From Planctomycetota bacterium (lineage in GTDB: Bacteria; Planctomycetota; PLA2; JAEUHO01), in the NCBI GenBank assembly GCA_029259775.1, contig JAJDEN010000014.1, forward strand, positions 35,613 to 99,612: a DNA stretch of 64,000 bases. Direction: 5' to 3'. Shown one piece after another: positions 1 to 11,166 of the stretch; the first letter of the stretch is position 1, and each line of letters begins with the position of its first letter. The notes under the pieces were generated by a model, which made no database searches, was not told the origin of the DNA, and saw nothing but the letters and a program-made list of their open reading frames with translations. Both the position numbers and the translations under genes were made by a program.

Positions 1-211
1 TGGCGTTCCAGCCGTCGACGAGGCGCGCGCTCGGCAGCGCGTAGTAGGTCGCGTCGACCTCGACCGTGTCGAAGTGCTGGGCGTACACGCTCAGGAACGC
101 GCCCGGGGGCGTGAGCCGCGGATAGAACGGCCCGACCCAGTCCTTCGACGAGAAGGAGGAGGTCCCGAAGCGCACCAACGCCGCGGGATCGTAGAGCGCG
201 GTCTCGGCCAC
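1..211 (-). CDS. DUF72 (YecE) family protein, runs off window start
   Basis: Manual translation from GTG at 211: MAETALYDPAALVRFGTSSFSSKDWVGPFYP...YAQHFDTVEVDATYYALPS, the typical DUF72 N-terminus. Confidence 0.85.
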   Translation of the reverse strand, partial: MAETALYDPAALVRFGTSSFSSKDWVGPFYPRLTPPGAFLSVYAQHFDTVEVDATYYALPSARLVDGWNA

Positions 212-216
212 GTCTG

Positions 217-705
217 CTAGGGGGACACGTCGACGGTGATCGTGCCGAACGTCAGCGTGAAGCCCGCGTTGTTGTTGAAGAACCCCGCGGGATCGCCGCC
301 CGCCTGGAAGATGTCCGCCGTGTCGAAACTGAGCGCTCCGACGCAGTTCAGGATCTGCAACGCCGTGCCCTCGACACGCTGGTTGGCGGCGACGCCCTGG
401 CCGGCATCCAGATCGCCGCCGGCGACCGGCTGTTCGCCCGGGGTGCCGGCCGGCGGGGTAACGCCGAGGATCCCGTCCGGATCGTCGAAGAACGACAACC
501 CGCCTTCCAGGGTGATGTCCCACGGTGCGGCACGCGGCGGGCGGCGGTCCAGCCGGCGCGTGGCGTCCACCGTGGACGCTGCGGCGTCGGCCGCGATCTC
601 CTCCCGGACATCCTGCGCGACGGCCGGCGTCGCGGCGAAGGCCCAGCTCGCGATGAGGGCAACGAGCAGGCAGAGCCTGAGCGTGAAGTTCGACGAAGGT
701 CCCAT
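217..705 (-). CDS. hypothetical secreted protein
   Basis: Signal-peptide-like N-terminus (LRLCLLVALIASWAFAATPAVA-QD); stops just before the DUF72 start; start codon uncertain (705 or 717). Confidence 0.5.
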   Translation of the reverse strand: MGPSSNFTLRLCLLVALIASWAFAATPAVAQDVREEIAADAAASTVDATRRLDRRPPRAAPWDITLEGGLSFFDDPDGILGVTPPAGTPGEQPVAGGDLDAGQGVAANQRVEGTALQILNCVGALSFDTADIFQAGGDPAGFFNNNAGFTLTFGTITVDVSP

Positions 706-859
706 GGAATCTCCCACCCAATGAGCGGCCCGGAGGCCGCCGGGGATTCTAGCCCGGCGAGGTCCGGGACGGCAGGGTGGACCCGCGGGTCCCAGACCCT
801 TGGGATGTCATCTTCCGTGGGCGGCTTGAGCTCGCGCCGTCGTCGCACTGGAGCACGGC

Positions 860-1375
860 CTAGCGTCGGCGGCCGATCACCCGGCGGCTGCCGCTGTGGC
901 GGTGGCCGTGGTGCCCGTGCCCGTAGCTCCGGTGCCCGTAGCTGTGGCGCCCGTAGTGACGGCGCCCGTGGTGTCCGTGCCCGTGGTGGTATCCGAAGCC
1001 GAGGTGGAGGCGGGGCGCGTAGTAGGGGCGGTAGTAGCTCGGGTAGTACACGCGCGGTCCGTAGACGCGCCGGACGACGGGGCGACAGCTGACCCGCCGC
1101 ACGACGCGGCGGACGACCGGGCGCCGCTCGACGACGTGCCGCACGACGGGACGCGGCTGGACCACGCGCCGCACGTAGACCGGTCGCCGCTGGCGGCAGC
1201 CGAAGTCGACGCGGACGTTGAGGCCGAGGTCGGCCTGGAGGCCGTCTTCGACGGCGTCGTGGACGCCGGCGAACGGCATCGCGTGGGCGTCGTCGGCCGC
1301 TGCGAAGGCGAGCAGCCCGACAGCGAGGGCGCCGAGGGACAGTCGCTTGAGGGTCGATAGTGTGAGGGTGCGCAT
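860..1375 (-). CDS. secreted Arg/Val/His/Tyr-rich low-complexity protein
   Basis: AAAGGA upstream of ATG 1375; signal peptide ending AHA; RPVVRRVV repeats and a GHHG-rich tail. Confidence 0.7.
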   Translation of the reverse strand: MRTLTLSTLKRLSLGALAVGLLAFAAADDAHAMPFAGVHDAVEDGLQADLGLNVRVDFGCRQRRPVYVRRVVQPRPVVRHVVERRPVVRRVVRRVSCRPVVRRVYGPRVYYPSYYRPYYAPRLHLGFGYHHGHGHHGRRHYGRHSYGHRSYGHGHHGHRHSGSRRVIGRRR

Positions 1376-1551
1376 GGAGAGGTCCTTTCGTGGTCGCAAA
1401 AGGACCCGGGGTCTCGCCGGGTGAGCACCGGGTGCCAAGGCCCGCCAGCCTACCACCGGCGGGCGAGGGGGCACGGTCCCGGGACTGCTCGCGCCCGCCC
1501 CGGGGCGGGTGCTAGAAGATGGGGACCGGAAGTTTGCTGGAGAAAGTCGCC

Positions 1552-2439
1552 ATGCGCCTGTCGCTCATCGTTCTTGCCCTATCGCTCGCCCTCGTGGGGG
1601 CTCTCGTCGCCGCCCTGCCCGCCGAGGCGGCCGACGACTGGAGCCTGGCAGCCTTCCTGAAGCAGGAGTCGGGCTGGAAGGGTCACGGCGTCGGCAGCTC
1701 GATCACCGAGACGTCGACGACGCACATGCCCAACATGCCGAACATCCCCAACATGCCCAGCATCCCGGGCATGCCGAAGGACGGCAAGATGGTCAGCACG
1801 ACCAAGACGACCCTCAGCAAGATCACGAAGGACGGCTACGTGCTCGCGGTCGAGACGAGGTCGATGGGGCGCACGATCAAGAGCACCCAGACCGAGAAGC
1901 TCGCCAAGAACATCAAGCCCAAGTTCACCGACGGCGGCGAGGGCACGGTGAAGATCGGCGGCACGGACTACACCTGCAAGATCATGGTCGTGGCCAACAT
2001 GAAGGAACTCATGGATGGCTCGTTGCCGAGCGGTGGTGGGGGGCGCGGCGGGATGGCGCCGCAGATGGGCAAGGGCAAGCTCTACGTCCACGCCAAGCTC
2101 GGCGTACTCAAGATGGAGACGACCATGAGCGTCATGGGCCAGGCGGGGACCATGGTCCAGCAGACGACCAAGCTCGCGGCCACGCACAAGATCGGTGAGA
2201 AGACGTACGCCGGTCGCGAGATCACAACGACCGTCTCGTTCTCGATGGGCACGATCAAGTCGAGCAGCGTGACGTCGAACGCGCTCCCCATCCATTCGCT
2301 CAAGAAGGTCGCGAACTCCGAGATGATGGGGCGCAAGTCCAAGACCGTGACGGAGGTCAGCGCGTACGTGAAGAAGCCGCTGGCCGCGACGACCGGTGGC
2401 GTGCCCGCGAAGAAGCCCGCCAAGGAGCCCGCCAAGTAG
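1552..2439 (+). CDS. hypothetical secreted Met/Thr/Lys-rich protein
   Basis: GGAG RBS; signal peptide MRLSLIVLALSLALVGALVAALPAEA; host-like codon usage; MPNMPNIPNMPSIPGMP repeat. Confidence 0.8.
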   Translation: MRLSLIVLALSLALVGALVAALPAEAADDWSLAAFLKQESGWKGHGVGSSITETSTTHMPNMPNIPNMPSIPGMPKDGKMVSTTKTTLSKITKDGYVLAVETRSMGRTIKSTQTEKLAKNIKPKFTDGGEGTVKIGGTDYTCKIMVVANMKELMDGSLPSGGGGRGGMAPQMGKGKLYVHAKLGVLKMETTMSVMGQAGTMVQQTTKLAATHKIGEKTYAGREITTTVSFSMGTIKSSSVTSNALPIHSLKKVANSEMMGRKSKTVTEVSAYVKKPLAATTGGVPAKKPAKEPAK

Positions 2440-2543
2440 CGCTCGCGCACCGATCCGCACCACCGACTTGCCCGCGTCCCCGCAGCGGATCTACCCTGGG
2501 GGGCCCGTTCTCGAACAGAGGACGGGCATCCGGAGGTCGACCG

Positions 2544-3680
2544 ATGCGCAAGCATGTGCTCACGGGGGCTGTTGCCCTGTTCCTTCTCCTCGTCTGGGGC
2601 GGCCTCGCCCCGGAGTCAGCGATCGCTGAGGACGGCGCCCACAAGGAGCGCGCGCCCAAGCCCGCGAAGCAGGGCATGGACGAGAAGCGTCGCGCCGGCG
2701 TCCTGCGCGGACTTGCCAACGGCGTGGAGGCGCTCGTGGCGCTCGGACGCAAGGAGGAGGCCGCGCATCTCCGGGAGATCTACGAGTCCGTGAAGCGCGG
2801 CGGGCCCGCCAAGGCGAAGAGGAAGGCGAAGCCCCACGGCGGTCATGCCGAGCGTCAAATCGCTGAGGGCTACGTCGAGTTGATGGGCTTGGCCGTTCGG
2901 ACGCTCGTGAAGGCGGGCAAGCACGACCGCGCGGAGGTCGTCGAGCACGGCAAGCACGCGCTCGAGCTGCGCCTGAAGGGCCGCCGCGACGACGAGGCGA
3001 TGAAGGTCTACAAGACGGCCCCGGCGCGGGGAGAGCAGGCGCGCGCCCTGTTCGTGGCTGCGGAGCTGCTCGCGGACCACGGCGACAAGAAGCACGCCGG
3101 GCTCCTCGCGGAGATCGCGCGCAGTTGGCTGAAGAAGAGCAAGGCGAGCGCGAAGCGTGAGCACGGATCGAAGGAGCGTGGATTCAAGGAGCACGCCGAC
3201 AAGAAGCGTTCGTCGTGGCAGGGCGAGGGCGACGAGGCCCTGGCCCAGCGCATCCGGATCCTGAAGATGGCGCTGCCTGCGCTGCGCGAGGGCGAGCGGG
3301 AGAAGGCGACGGCCATCCTGCAGCGCGGCATCGACGCAGGTCGCGTCATGCTCGCCAAGCGTGAGGACGACGAGGCGCGTGAGATGCTGGAGCGCACGCC
3401 GTCCTTGGGCGAGCTCGCCGAGGTGCTCCATCTCGCCTCGGACTTGTGGATGAAGTTCAAGGACAAGGAAAAGGCCCACAAGATCGCCGCGCTGGCGAAG
3501 TTCTACGCCAAGCGCTCGAAGGCGGGTCGCGCCGAGCGCGAGGTCCACGAACGTGAGGACCACGAGGAGCGAGAAGCCGACAAGCGCGGCCAAGCGATGC
3601 GGGAGCTCCACCAGCAGATGCGCGAGGTGCACGAGATGCTCGAGGACATGCAGCGTCGCTTGAAGAAGCTGAGCAAGTAG
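2544..3680 (+). CDS. hypothetical secreted helical protein with internal duplication
   Basis: GGAGG RBS; signal peptide; two similar ~90-aa helical units; coiled-coil C-terminus. Confidence 0.8.
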   Translation: MRKHVLTGAVALFLLLVWGGLAPESAIAEDGAHKERAPKPAKQGMDEKRRAGVLRGLANGVEALVALGRKEEAAHLREIYESVKRGGPAKAKRKAKPHGGHAERQIAEGYVELMGLAVRTLVKAGKHDRAEVVEHGKHALELRLKGRRDDEAMKVYKTAPARGEQARALFVAAELLADHGDKKHAGLLAEIARSWLKKSKASAKREHGSKERGFKEHADKKRSSWQGEGDEALAQRIRILKMALPALREGEREKATAILQRGIDAGRVMLAKREDDEAREMLERTPSLGELAEVLHLASDLWMKFKDKEKAHKIAALAKFYAKRSKAGRAEREVHEREDHEEREADKRGQAMRELHQQMREVHEMLEDMQRRLKKLSK

Positions 3681-3744
3681 CGGCAACTCCGCTCCTGCCT
3701 GGTGTGACGACCCGTCCGCGCGGACACGCGCCCACGAAGCCCGA

Positions 3745-3769
3745 GGGCGACCACAAGGATCGCCCCTAC
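3745..3769. repeat. GTAG-type REP-like palindrome
   Basis: GGGCGACCACAAGGATCGCCCCTAC, near reverse complement of the copies at 10948 and 11004. Confidence 0.75.
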
Positions 3770-3795
3770 CCGGTGTGCCTGCGCCGCAGGCACAC

Positions 3796-5145
3796 CTACA
3801 TCAACACCAAGAAGCAGAACGCGATGATCAGCAGCGAGCCGATGATGTCGTTCATCGTCGTGAGCAGCGGATGCGTCGCCACCGCCGGGTCCACACCCAC
3901 CCTGTCCAGGAAGAGCGGCGTCAACACACCGAACAACGTTCCCAGGCAGATCGTGCCGAAGATCGCGAACGCGGCGATCCACGCCACATTCGTGCTCTCG
4001 TGGTCCATGATCGCCGCCGTACACCACACGAGTACGCCCGTGCCTGCCGCCAAGACGATGCCGACCAGCACCTCCTTGCGCACCACGGGCCACACGCCGC
4101 CCAGGCCGATGCGGCCCAGCGCGAGCGAGCGCACGGTCACGGTCGCGGTCTGCGTCGCGCAACCGCCACCCATGCCCATGATCACGGGGATGAAGATGAA
4201 CAGCTTGCCCGCGTCCTTCAGCAACTCGTCGCCGGCATTGATGATCACGGCCGCGAGGATGCCGCCGAAGAACGTGGCGAGCAACCACGGCGAGCGGGCC
4301 CGCAGCGCGTTCGCGACGCCCGGCTCGTAGATCTCCTCTGCCGCCGTACCCGCGGCGCGCGCGATGTCCTCCGTCGCCTCCTCGACGACGACATCCACGA
4401 TGTCATCGATCAAGATGCGGCCGAGCAGGTGGTCTTCCTCGTCGACCACGGGCACCGACGACAGGTCGTAGTCCTGGACGAGGCTCGCGATGTCTTCCTG
4501 GTCCATGTCTGCGGCGACGCGGATGGGTACCGGCGAGGTGATCGCCGCGATCGGCGTGTCGTCCTCGGCCAGGATCAGCGCGCGCTCCTTGACCCAGCCC
4601 TTGAGCCGGCCCGCGTCGTCCACGACGAAGATCTCATGCAGCTCGCCGACGTCGTCGCGCGTCCGGCGGATCTCCTCGACCGCGCTTCGGGCCCTCTGCC
4701 GCAGGCGCACCCGCACCAGCTCCGTCTGCATGATGCCGCCCGCGGACTCGGGCGGATACTCGAGCAGCGTCCGGATCTCGGCGCGGTCCTCAGGCTCGAT
4801 CTCCGCGAGGACTTCGTCCTTGGCGGCCTGTTCCATGGCCTGCAAGACGTCCGCGGCGTCGTCCGTCTGCATCTCCTCGAGGACGTCGGCCGCTTCCGCC
4901 CGTGCCATGTCCTCGAGGACGTCGGCCGCTTCCGACTCTTCCATGCCGGCGAGCACGTCGGCCTGCTCGACCTTGCCAACGATCGCCTGGAAGGCGCGTG
5001 CGCGGTCCGCGGGCGTCTTCAAGGCCTCGATCAGGTCTGCGATCTCCGGCGGCTGGAGCAAGACCAGGAAACGGCGCAGGTCGTCCTTGGATCCATGGCG
5101 GACCAAGCGCTCGAGCGCGGTGAGGCTGGCGGATTCGCTGGGCAT
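3796..5145 (-). CDS. mgtE: magnesium transporter MgtE
   Basis: MgtE_N repeats, YPPESAGGIM, CBS pair, IPVIMGMGG, GVDPAVAT..LLTTMNDIIG. Confidence 0.95.
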   Translation of the reverse strand: MPSESASLTALERLVRHGSKDDLRRFLVLLQPPEIADLIEALKTPADRARAFQAIVGKVEQADVLAGMEESEAADVLEDMARAEAADVLEEMQTDDAADVLQAMEQAAKDEVLAEIEPEDRAEIRTLLEYPPESAGGIMQTELVRVRLRQRARSAVEEIRRTRDDVGELHEIFVVDDAGRLKGWVKERALILAEDDTPIAAITSPVPIRVAADMDQEDIASLVQDYDLSSVPVVDEEDHLLGRILIDDIVDVVVEEATEDIARAAGTAAEEIYEPGVANALRARSPWLLATFFGGILAAVIINAGDELLKDAGKLFIFIPVIMGMGGGCATQTATVTVRSLALGRIGLGGVWPVVRKEVLVGIVLAAGTGVLVWCTAAIMDHESTNVAWIAAFAIFGTICLGTLFGVLTPLFLDRVGVDPAVATHPLLTTMNDIIGSLLIIAFCFLVLM

Positions 5146-5169
5146 GTGGGCCTTGCCATGGGGGAAGCG

Positions 5170-6645
<1,476 letters not shown>

Positions 6646-6725
6646 GGACGATCCTCCCGTGCGTCGTGCGACGCGCGGTTCGAAGGGTACCCTCGGCACG
6701 TCCTGACGCGACCTGAGGCCCCTGC

Positions 6726-7364
6726 GTGAACCCTTCGTCGATCAACTACGAGCACCTGTGCGCCGCCTTGGCGCTCGAAGCCTTCGACGGGCGCGGGGCC
6801 CAGGGCCCCATGGAGCCCCTGCACCGAGGCGCTCCGCGGCCCGGCGTTCGTTCCGAGGCGCCGAGGGACGCGGCGGCACTCGCCTTCGTGTTCGAGCGTG
6901 GCGGCCGGTTGCACCTGCCGCTCACGCTCCGGCACGCGGACTTGCGGGAGCACCGTGGCCAGGTTGCCCTGCCGGGCGGGCGTCCGGATACGGGCGAGTC
7001 CCTCCGGCAGACGGCCTGGCGCGAGGCGCAGGAGGAGATCGGCCTGGTCGAGACGGGGGCGCAGGATCTCGGCGTCCTGACCCCGGTCTACATCCCGGTC
7101 TCGCACACGCGCCTGCATGTGCACGTGGCGCACGGTCCCGATCCGGGCGCCCTGCGGGCCAACCCGGGCGAGGTCGAGCAGGTGGAGGTCGTGGCGGTGG
7201 CCGATCTGTTGGATCCGGCCCGGCGAGCGCGGCGGGACCTGGCGATCGGCGAGCGCGTGGTGGACGTGCCGTACTTCGACGTCGGCGGCCTGTTCGTGTG
7301 GGGCGCGACGGCGATGGCGTTGAGCGAGCTGGCCGAGCGACTGCGGGTCGTCGTGGGGGCTTGA
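6726..7364 (+). CDS. CoA pyrophosphatase (Nudix, NudL/PCD1-like)
   Basis: LREHRGQVALPGG, Nudix box TAWREAQEEIG, C-terminal VWGATA. Confidence 0.9.
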   Translation: MNPSSINYEHLCAALALEAFDGRGAQGPMEPLHRGAPRPGVRSEAPRDAAALAFVFERGGRLHLPLTLRHADLREHRGQVALPGGRPDTGESLRQTAWREAQEEIGLVETGAQDLGVLTPVYIPVSHTRLHVHVAHGPDPGALRANPGEVEQVEVVAVADLLDPARRARRDLAIGERVVDVPYFDVGGLFVWGATAMALSELAERLRVVVGA

Positions 7365-7370
7365 TCCGGA

Positions 7371-7417
7371 TGGGCCGCCAACTGATCCGGCTCCGCCCGC
7401 GCTCAGGCTGCCCCTAC
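7371..7417. repeat. half copy of long-arm REP-like element
   Basis: TGGGCCGCCAAC...CGCTCAGGCTGCCCCTAC matches the right arm of 51543-51648. Confidence 0.6.
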
Positions 7418-7446
7418 GGCGCCCTGTAGAGACCGCCCACGCCGAC

Positions 7447-8148
7447 CTAGCGACCTTCGAGCCGGTCCAGGCGGTCCGTGAGATCCAGCACCTGCTGCTC
7501 GAGCTCCTCGACGCGCCGTTCCAGGTTGAGGTCATCGGCCGTGGGGATGGAGGGCGGAGGTGCGAGTGCGGATGCGGGTGGGGTCGCGGGTGCAGGTGTG
7601 GGAGCAGGTGTGTGGGGCGACGTGGAAGGCGACGTGGGCAAGGAGGCTTCCGCCTCCTTGCCGAGCAGGTGGCACCAGCGGGCCTGGCGCTCGCGAGGCG
7701 CACGCGGCAGCAGCTTCACGTAGGGCACGGGCCGCGCAGCCATCTCCCGCAGCCGGTCCTCGACCTCGGCCGGGCTGTCGAACGGATGCATGCGCGTACA
7801 GCGCGTCTTGAGCGCCCCCGGCGCCTGCGGCCCGCGGCAGAGCAACTCGCTCAGGATCGCCAGATCCTCGACCTCAAGGGCGAGTTGGGTCTTGGCCTCG
7901 TGGGCGTAGCGCATCGTCCGCGAGCCCATCGACTCGCGCCGCGTGACCCAGTCTCGGTCCATCAACGAGCGGATGGCCCCCTCGACGTCGTAGTCCTCGA
8001 CGGACATGACGGGGTCGCGATTGCTCTTCTGGTTGCACGCCGCCACAAGCGCGTTGATCGTCAGCGGGTAGCCGTCCGGCACGGTCAGCTGCTTCTCGAT
8101 CAGCGCGCCGACAATGCGCTGCTGCAGGGTGTCGAGCTCGATCGCCAC
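7447..8148 (-). CDS. DUF480 / YceH family protein
   Basis: GALIEKQLTVPDGYPLTINALVAACNQKSNRDPVM, RGPQAPG, RWCHLL. Confidence 0.93.
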   Translation of the reverse strand: MAIELDTLQQRIVGALIEKQLTVPDGYPLTINALVAACNQKSNRDPVMSVEDYDVEGAIRSLMDRDWVTRRESMGSRTMRYAHEAKTQLALEVEDLAILSELLCRGPQAPGALKTRCTRMHPFDSPAEVEDRLREMAARPVPYVKLLPRAPRERQARWCHLLGKEAEASLPTSPSTSPHTPAPTPAPATPPASALAPPPSIPTADDLNLERRVEELEQQVLDLTDRLDRLEGR

Positions 8149-9296
8149 TACGCCCCCTCCTCGCTGTCACGGCCGTTGATGTCGCCGCCCTCGACGTCCT
8201 GGCCTTCCAGGTAGTGTTCCTCGCCGGACAGCAGCAGGCCTTCGAGAACGTAGGACTCCGCCGTGCGCTTGGGCCCCGGCATGCGCAGCGACGTGCGGTA
8301 CTGCGCCTTCACGCGACGCGTGCGGAACGAGGAGTAGAGCGCCTTCGGATCCTCGATCAGCGGGCGCAGCGTGCCCTTCTCGAAGCCCAGGTAGCGAGCG
8401 ACCTCATCCGGGCCGACGACGTCGCTGCCTTCGGCCGCCATCTGCTGGCGCACCTTCTCCAGATCCTCGGTGGCAAGGTCGAAGATGAACTCCTCGAACG
8501 CCTGCACGCGGAACTCGCTCATCTCCGCGTCGGCAAACCACTCGACGAAGCGTGCGTCGCAGTCCTGGAACAGCAGGCTCGCGATCTCGCTCGCGCCCAT
8601 CAGCGTGCCGAACACGCGCGGGGCACGGCAGCGCGCGACCCAGGCCGAGCGCAGGAGCGGGCAGAAGCGGTACGTCGCGAAGCCCACGCGGCCTTCCCAG
8701 AGCTCCATGATCTGGATGATCGCGAGGCGCTTCACCTGGGGATCCATGGTGCTGGACGTCACGAACGAGGCGTAGAGCTCCTCGGCCAGCCGCGTGTAGA
8801 CGGCCTCCTCGATGGCCTCCCGCACGCTGGTCAGCAGATCCACCGCGCGCTCGTCGTTGGCGCGCTCGAAGGCGTAGCGCAGCGAGGTCCAGAAGTTCAC
8901 CTTGGCGATGCCGAACGTGCGCGAGAGGAGCGCCTTGGTCGGGAGGGTCCACTCGAGACCGTGCTCGCCGGCCTCCAGCAGGTTGCGCATCAGCGTCTCG
9001 CCCGAGCGGACGATGCCGCCGAGCTTCACCCGGTCGTGGAGCGACGGATAGCTGTCCAGCGCCGTGGCGATCGAGCCCAGGCCGCGGAACCCCTGGGCGA
9101 GGGCGTTGAACACGTCGCGGGTGACCTCGGTGTTGCCACGACGGCAGAAGGCCTGCAGGCGCTCGATCAGGGCCACCTCGCGGTTGGTGAACACCTGCTT
9201 GAGCGTCAGCTCGTGATGCAGCGTGTAGCAGCCGCTCTCATCGAGGGGATCGATGGGCGGGCCTGAGGCATCGTTCGGCAATTCCTGGCTCGCCAT
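8148..9296 (-). CDS. conserved hypothetical protein
   Basis: GAAGG before ATG 9296; host-like codon usage; globular sequence; abuts the DUF480 gene. Confidence 0.75.
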   Translation of the reverse strand: MASQELPNDASGPPIDPLDESGCYTLHHELTLKQVFTNREVALIERLQAFCRRGNTEVTRDVFNALAQGFRGLGSIATALDSYPSLHDRVKLGGIVRSGETLMRNLLEAGEHGLEWTLPTKALLSRTFGIAKVNFWTSLRYAFERANDERAVDLLTSVREAIEEAVYTRLAEELYASFVTSSTMDPQVKRLAIIQIMELWEGRVGFATYRFCPLLRSAWVARCRAPRVFGTLMGASEIASLLFQDCDARFVEWFADAEMSEFRVQAFEEFIFDLATEDLEKVRQQMAAEGSDVVGPDEVARYLGFEKGTLRPLIEDPKALYSSFRTRRVKAQYRTSLRMPGPKRTAESYVLEGLLLSGEEHYLEGQDVEGGDINGRDSEEGA

Positions 9297-9577
9297 GACG
9301 GGACCTTCAAGCGGGCACCGGGCGCTCCGCGGGACGCGGCGGATCCTACCGCAGAGTGGGGCGGGAAGCCCGCCCGAGCCGTCCGTGACGCGGCGATGAC
9401 GCAGAAGGGCGGGCGGCATGCCCATCAAACCCAAACCGTTGCCGTGGGCGGGCTTCCGCCCGGGTCGCTGAGGTGGTAGAAATCGGGCTCCCCTGGGAGG
9501 GGGCCATGGGACCGTCGCTGGAACGCGGAGACTCCGCGGGCGACGATTCCGGACCTGACGGTCAAAGGAGGACGAGG

Positions 9578-10282
9578 ATGCGCACGATCGCACTGGCACT
9601 CATGGCGACGGCCGCGATCGCCCTCATGGGCTGTGCTTCGAACACGGAGCGGGTGACGGGCAACGCCTGGGGCATCCCGAAGGATCTCCCGGACAACCCC
9701 AATCCGAACAAGCGCTACTGCAAGAAGTACGTCGAGCCCACGTACCGCATGGTCCCCAAGCTCTGCAAGGTGGACGCCGGCGGGATGAAGTCCGAGTGCA
9801 TCACCGTGATGAAGACGACGGCCGAAGAGGTCTGCGTCCAGCCGTCCACGACGCGCACCGTCCAGGGCTGCGACGTCCGCTGCGAGAAGACGGCCGTGCA
9901 GGTCAAGCCCGGCGGCAACCGCTGGGAGAAGGACTGCAACGGCTGCTGGCAGTACGTCTACCGGGCGCCTGAGTACAAGTGGTGCGACAAGACGCGGCAG
10001 GAAGAGGGCATCAAGTTCTGCTACGACACGCCGGCTGAGTACAAGACCGTCGTGACGAGCACGCCCGTCCAGCGCACGCGCAAGACGTACGTACCGCCGA
10101 AGTACGAGGTCAAGTGGGTCAAGGAGGTCTACACCCCCGGCCACTGCGAGTGGGTCGAGGGCGATGGCTGTGGCAAGACGTGCGACACGCGCGGTGCCAA
10201 GAACTACACGACCAAGCGCGTCCGCTCCCGCAACTGCCCCGCGCCCAAGGCGCTGGACTGTGGTTGCCCCAAAACGAACTAG
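9578..10282 (+). CDS. Cys-rich lipoprotein with P(A/P)(E/K)Y beta-repeats
   Basis: AGGAGG RBS; lipobox LMGC; 17 Cys; repeats EPTYRMV/APEYKWC/PAEYKTV/PPKYEVK. Confidence 0.85.
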   Translation: MRTIALALMATAAIALMGCASNTERVTGNAWGIPKDLPDNPNPNKRYCKKYVEPTYRMVPKLCKVDAGGMKSECITVMKTTAEEVCVQPSTTRTVQGCDVRCEKTAVQVKPGGNRWEKDCNGCWQYVYRAPEYKWCDKTRQEEGIKFCYDTPAEYKTVVTSTPVQRTRKTYVPPKYEVKWVKEVYTPGHCEWVEGDGCGKTCDTRGAKNYTTKRVRSRNCPAPKALDCGCPKTN

Positions 10283-10290
10283 GGTTCGTA

Positions 10291-10413
10291 CGCCGGTCGA
10301 TCCTCTCGCTGCGTCAGGCCCCCCGCCGGATCGTGATCCTCAACGGGGCAGACCCCGCCTGCGGTCCCGATCCAGCCGTGGGCTCCGGCTCGCTTCGGTC
10401 TCGCCCAGCGCGC
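10291..10413. repeat. structured repeat, homolog of the MITE-like element at 38247-38423
   Basis: Aligns over ~120 nt to the reverse complement of 38247-38423 with compensatory stem changes. Confidence 0.7.
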
Positions 10414-10560
10414 GGGGACGGGGAATGCCGCTCGGCGTCGGTCTGGTCCCCGGGCGCGTCGGACGAACTGGGTACAGATTCCGGCTAGGTCTGGGGCAAC
10501 GCTTTTGTATGCTCACGGGCCGGTGAGGCGGATCTCACCGCCGATCCCCAGGAGAGCCAC

Positions 10561-10920
10561 ATGACCCACGTCGTCACCGGTCGTTGCGTCGACTGCCGCT
10601 ACACCTACTGCGTCGTCGAGTGCCCTGTCAGCTGCTTCTGGGAGATCAAGGATCCCGCCATGCTCGTGATCGATCCGAACACGTGCATCGACTGCGAAGC
10701 CTGCATCCCGGCCTGCCCGGTCAACGCCATCTGGCCCGACCACGAGACGCCCCCCGAGTACGCCGAGTGGGAGCAGCAGAACGCCGACACCTGGGAGAGT
10801 GGCGAGAACATCACCGAGGGGTCCGATCCCCTCGACTCGGCCAAGCTGCTGGAAGAGATCCAGGAAGAAGAGCAGGCCAAGGGCTGGGACATCGCCGAGC
10901 CGAGCAAGGCGGCGGACTAG
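10561..10920 (+). CDS. fdxA: 7Fe-type ferredoxin (FdxA family)
   Basis: MTHVVTGRCVDCRYTYCVVECPVSCF...IDPNTCIDCEACIPACPVNAI. Confidence 0.92.
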   Translation: MTHVVTGRCVDCRYTYCVVECPVSCFWEIKDPAMLVIDPNTCIDCEACIPACPVNAIWPDHETPPEYAEWEQQNADTWESGENITEGSDPLDSAKLLEEIQEEEQAKGWDIAEPSKAAD

Positions 10921-10944
10921 GTCAGCCCGCTGCGCGGGCTGACC
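10920..10944 (+). terminator. hairpin after ferredoxin
   Basis: GGTCAGCCCGC-TGC-GCGGGCTGACC perfect 11-bp stem; no U-tract. Confidence 0.45.
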
Positions 10945-10947
10945 GTG

Positions 10948-11161
10948 GTAGGGGCGACCCTTGTGGTCGCCCGGGACGCCACCTCCGTCGTGTGCCCTTA
11001 CGCGTAGGGGCGACCCTTGTGGTCGCCCACGCGCTTCGTGAGCGCGTGTCCGTGTCGGTGTCCGTGTGACGGTGCAAGAAGGGCGGGCACAAGGCCCGCC
11101 CCTACATGGTAAGTCCCGACGTGGCAGAACGCGCTCGGGCGGGCACAAGGCCCGCCCCTAC
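10948..11161. repeat. cluster of four GTAG REP-like palindromes (2 direct + 2 inverted) with GTGTC(C/G) hexamers
   Basis: GTAGGGGCGACCCTTGTGGTCGCCC at 10948 and 11004; GGGCGGGCACAAGGCCCGCCCCTAC at 11081 and 11137; hexamers at 11046-11069. Confidence 0.85.
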
Positions 11162-11166
11162 CCGGC

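Noticed and set aside
4850-4960. Tandem repeats within mgtE (AADVLE)
   Set aside because: These are normal MgtE N-terminal helical repeats.
10948-11161. Possible CRISPR array (25-bp repeats with ~31-bp spacers)
   Set aside because: Only two copies per orientation, the pairs are inverted, dispersed single copies occur elsewhere, and there are no cas genes; this fits REP elements.
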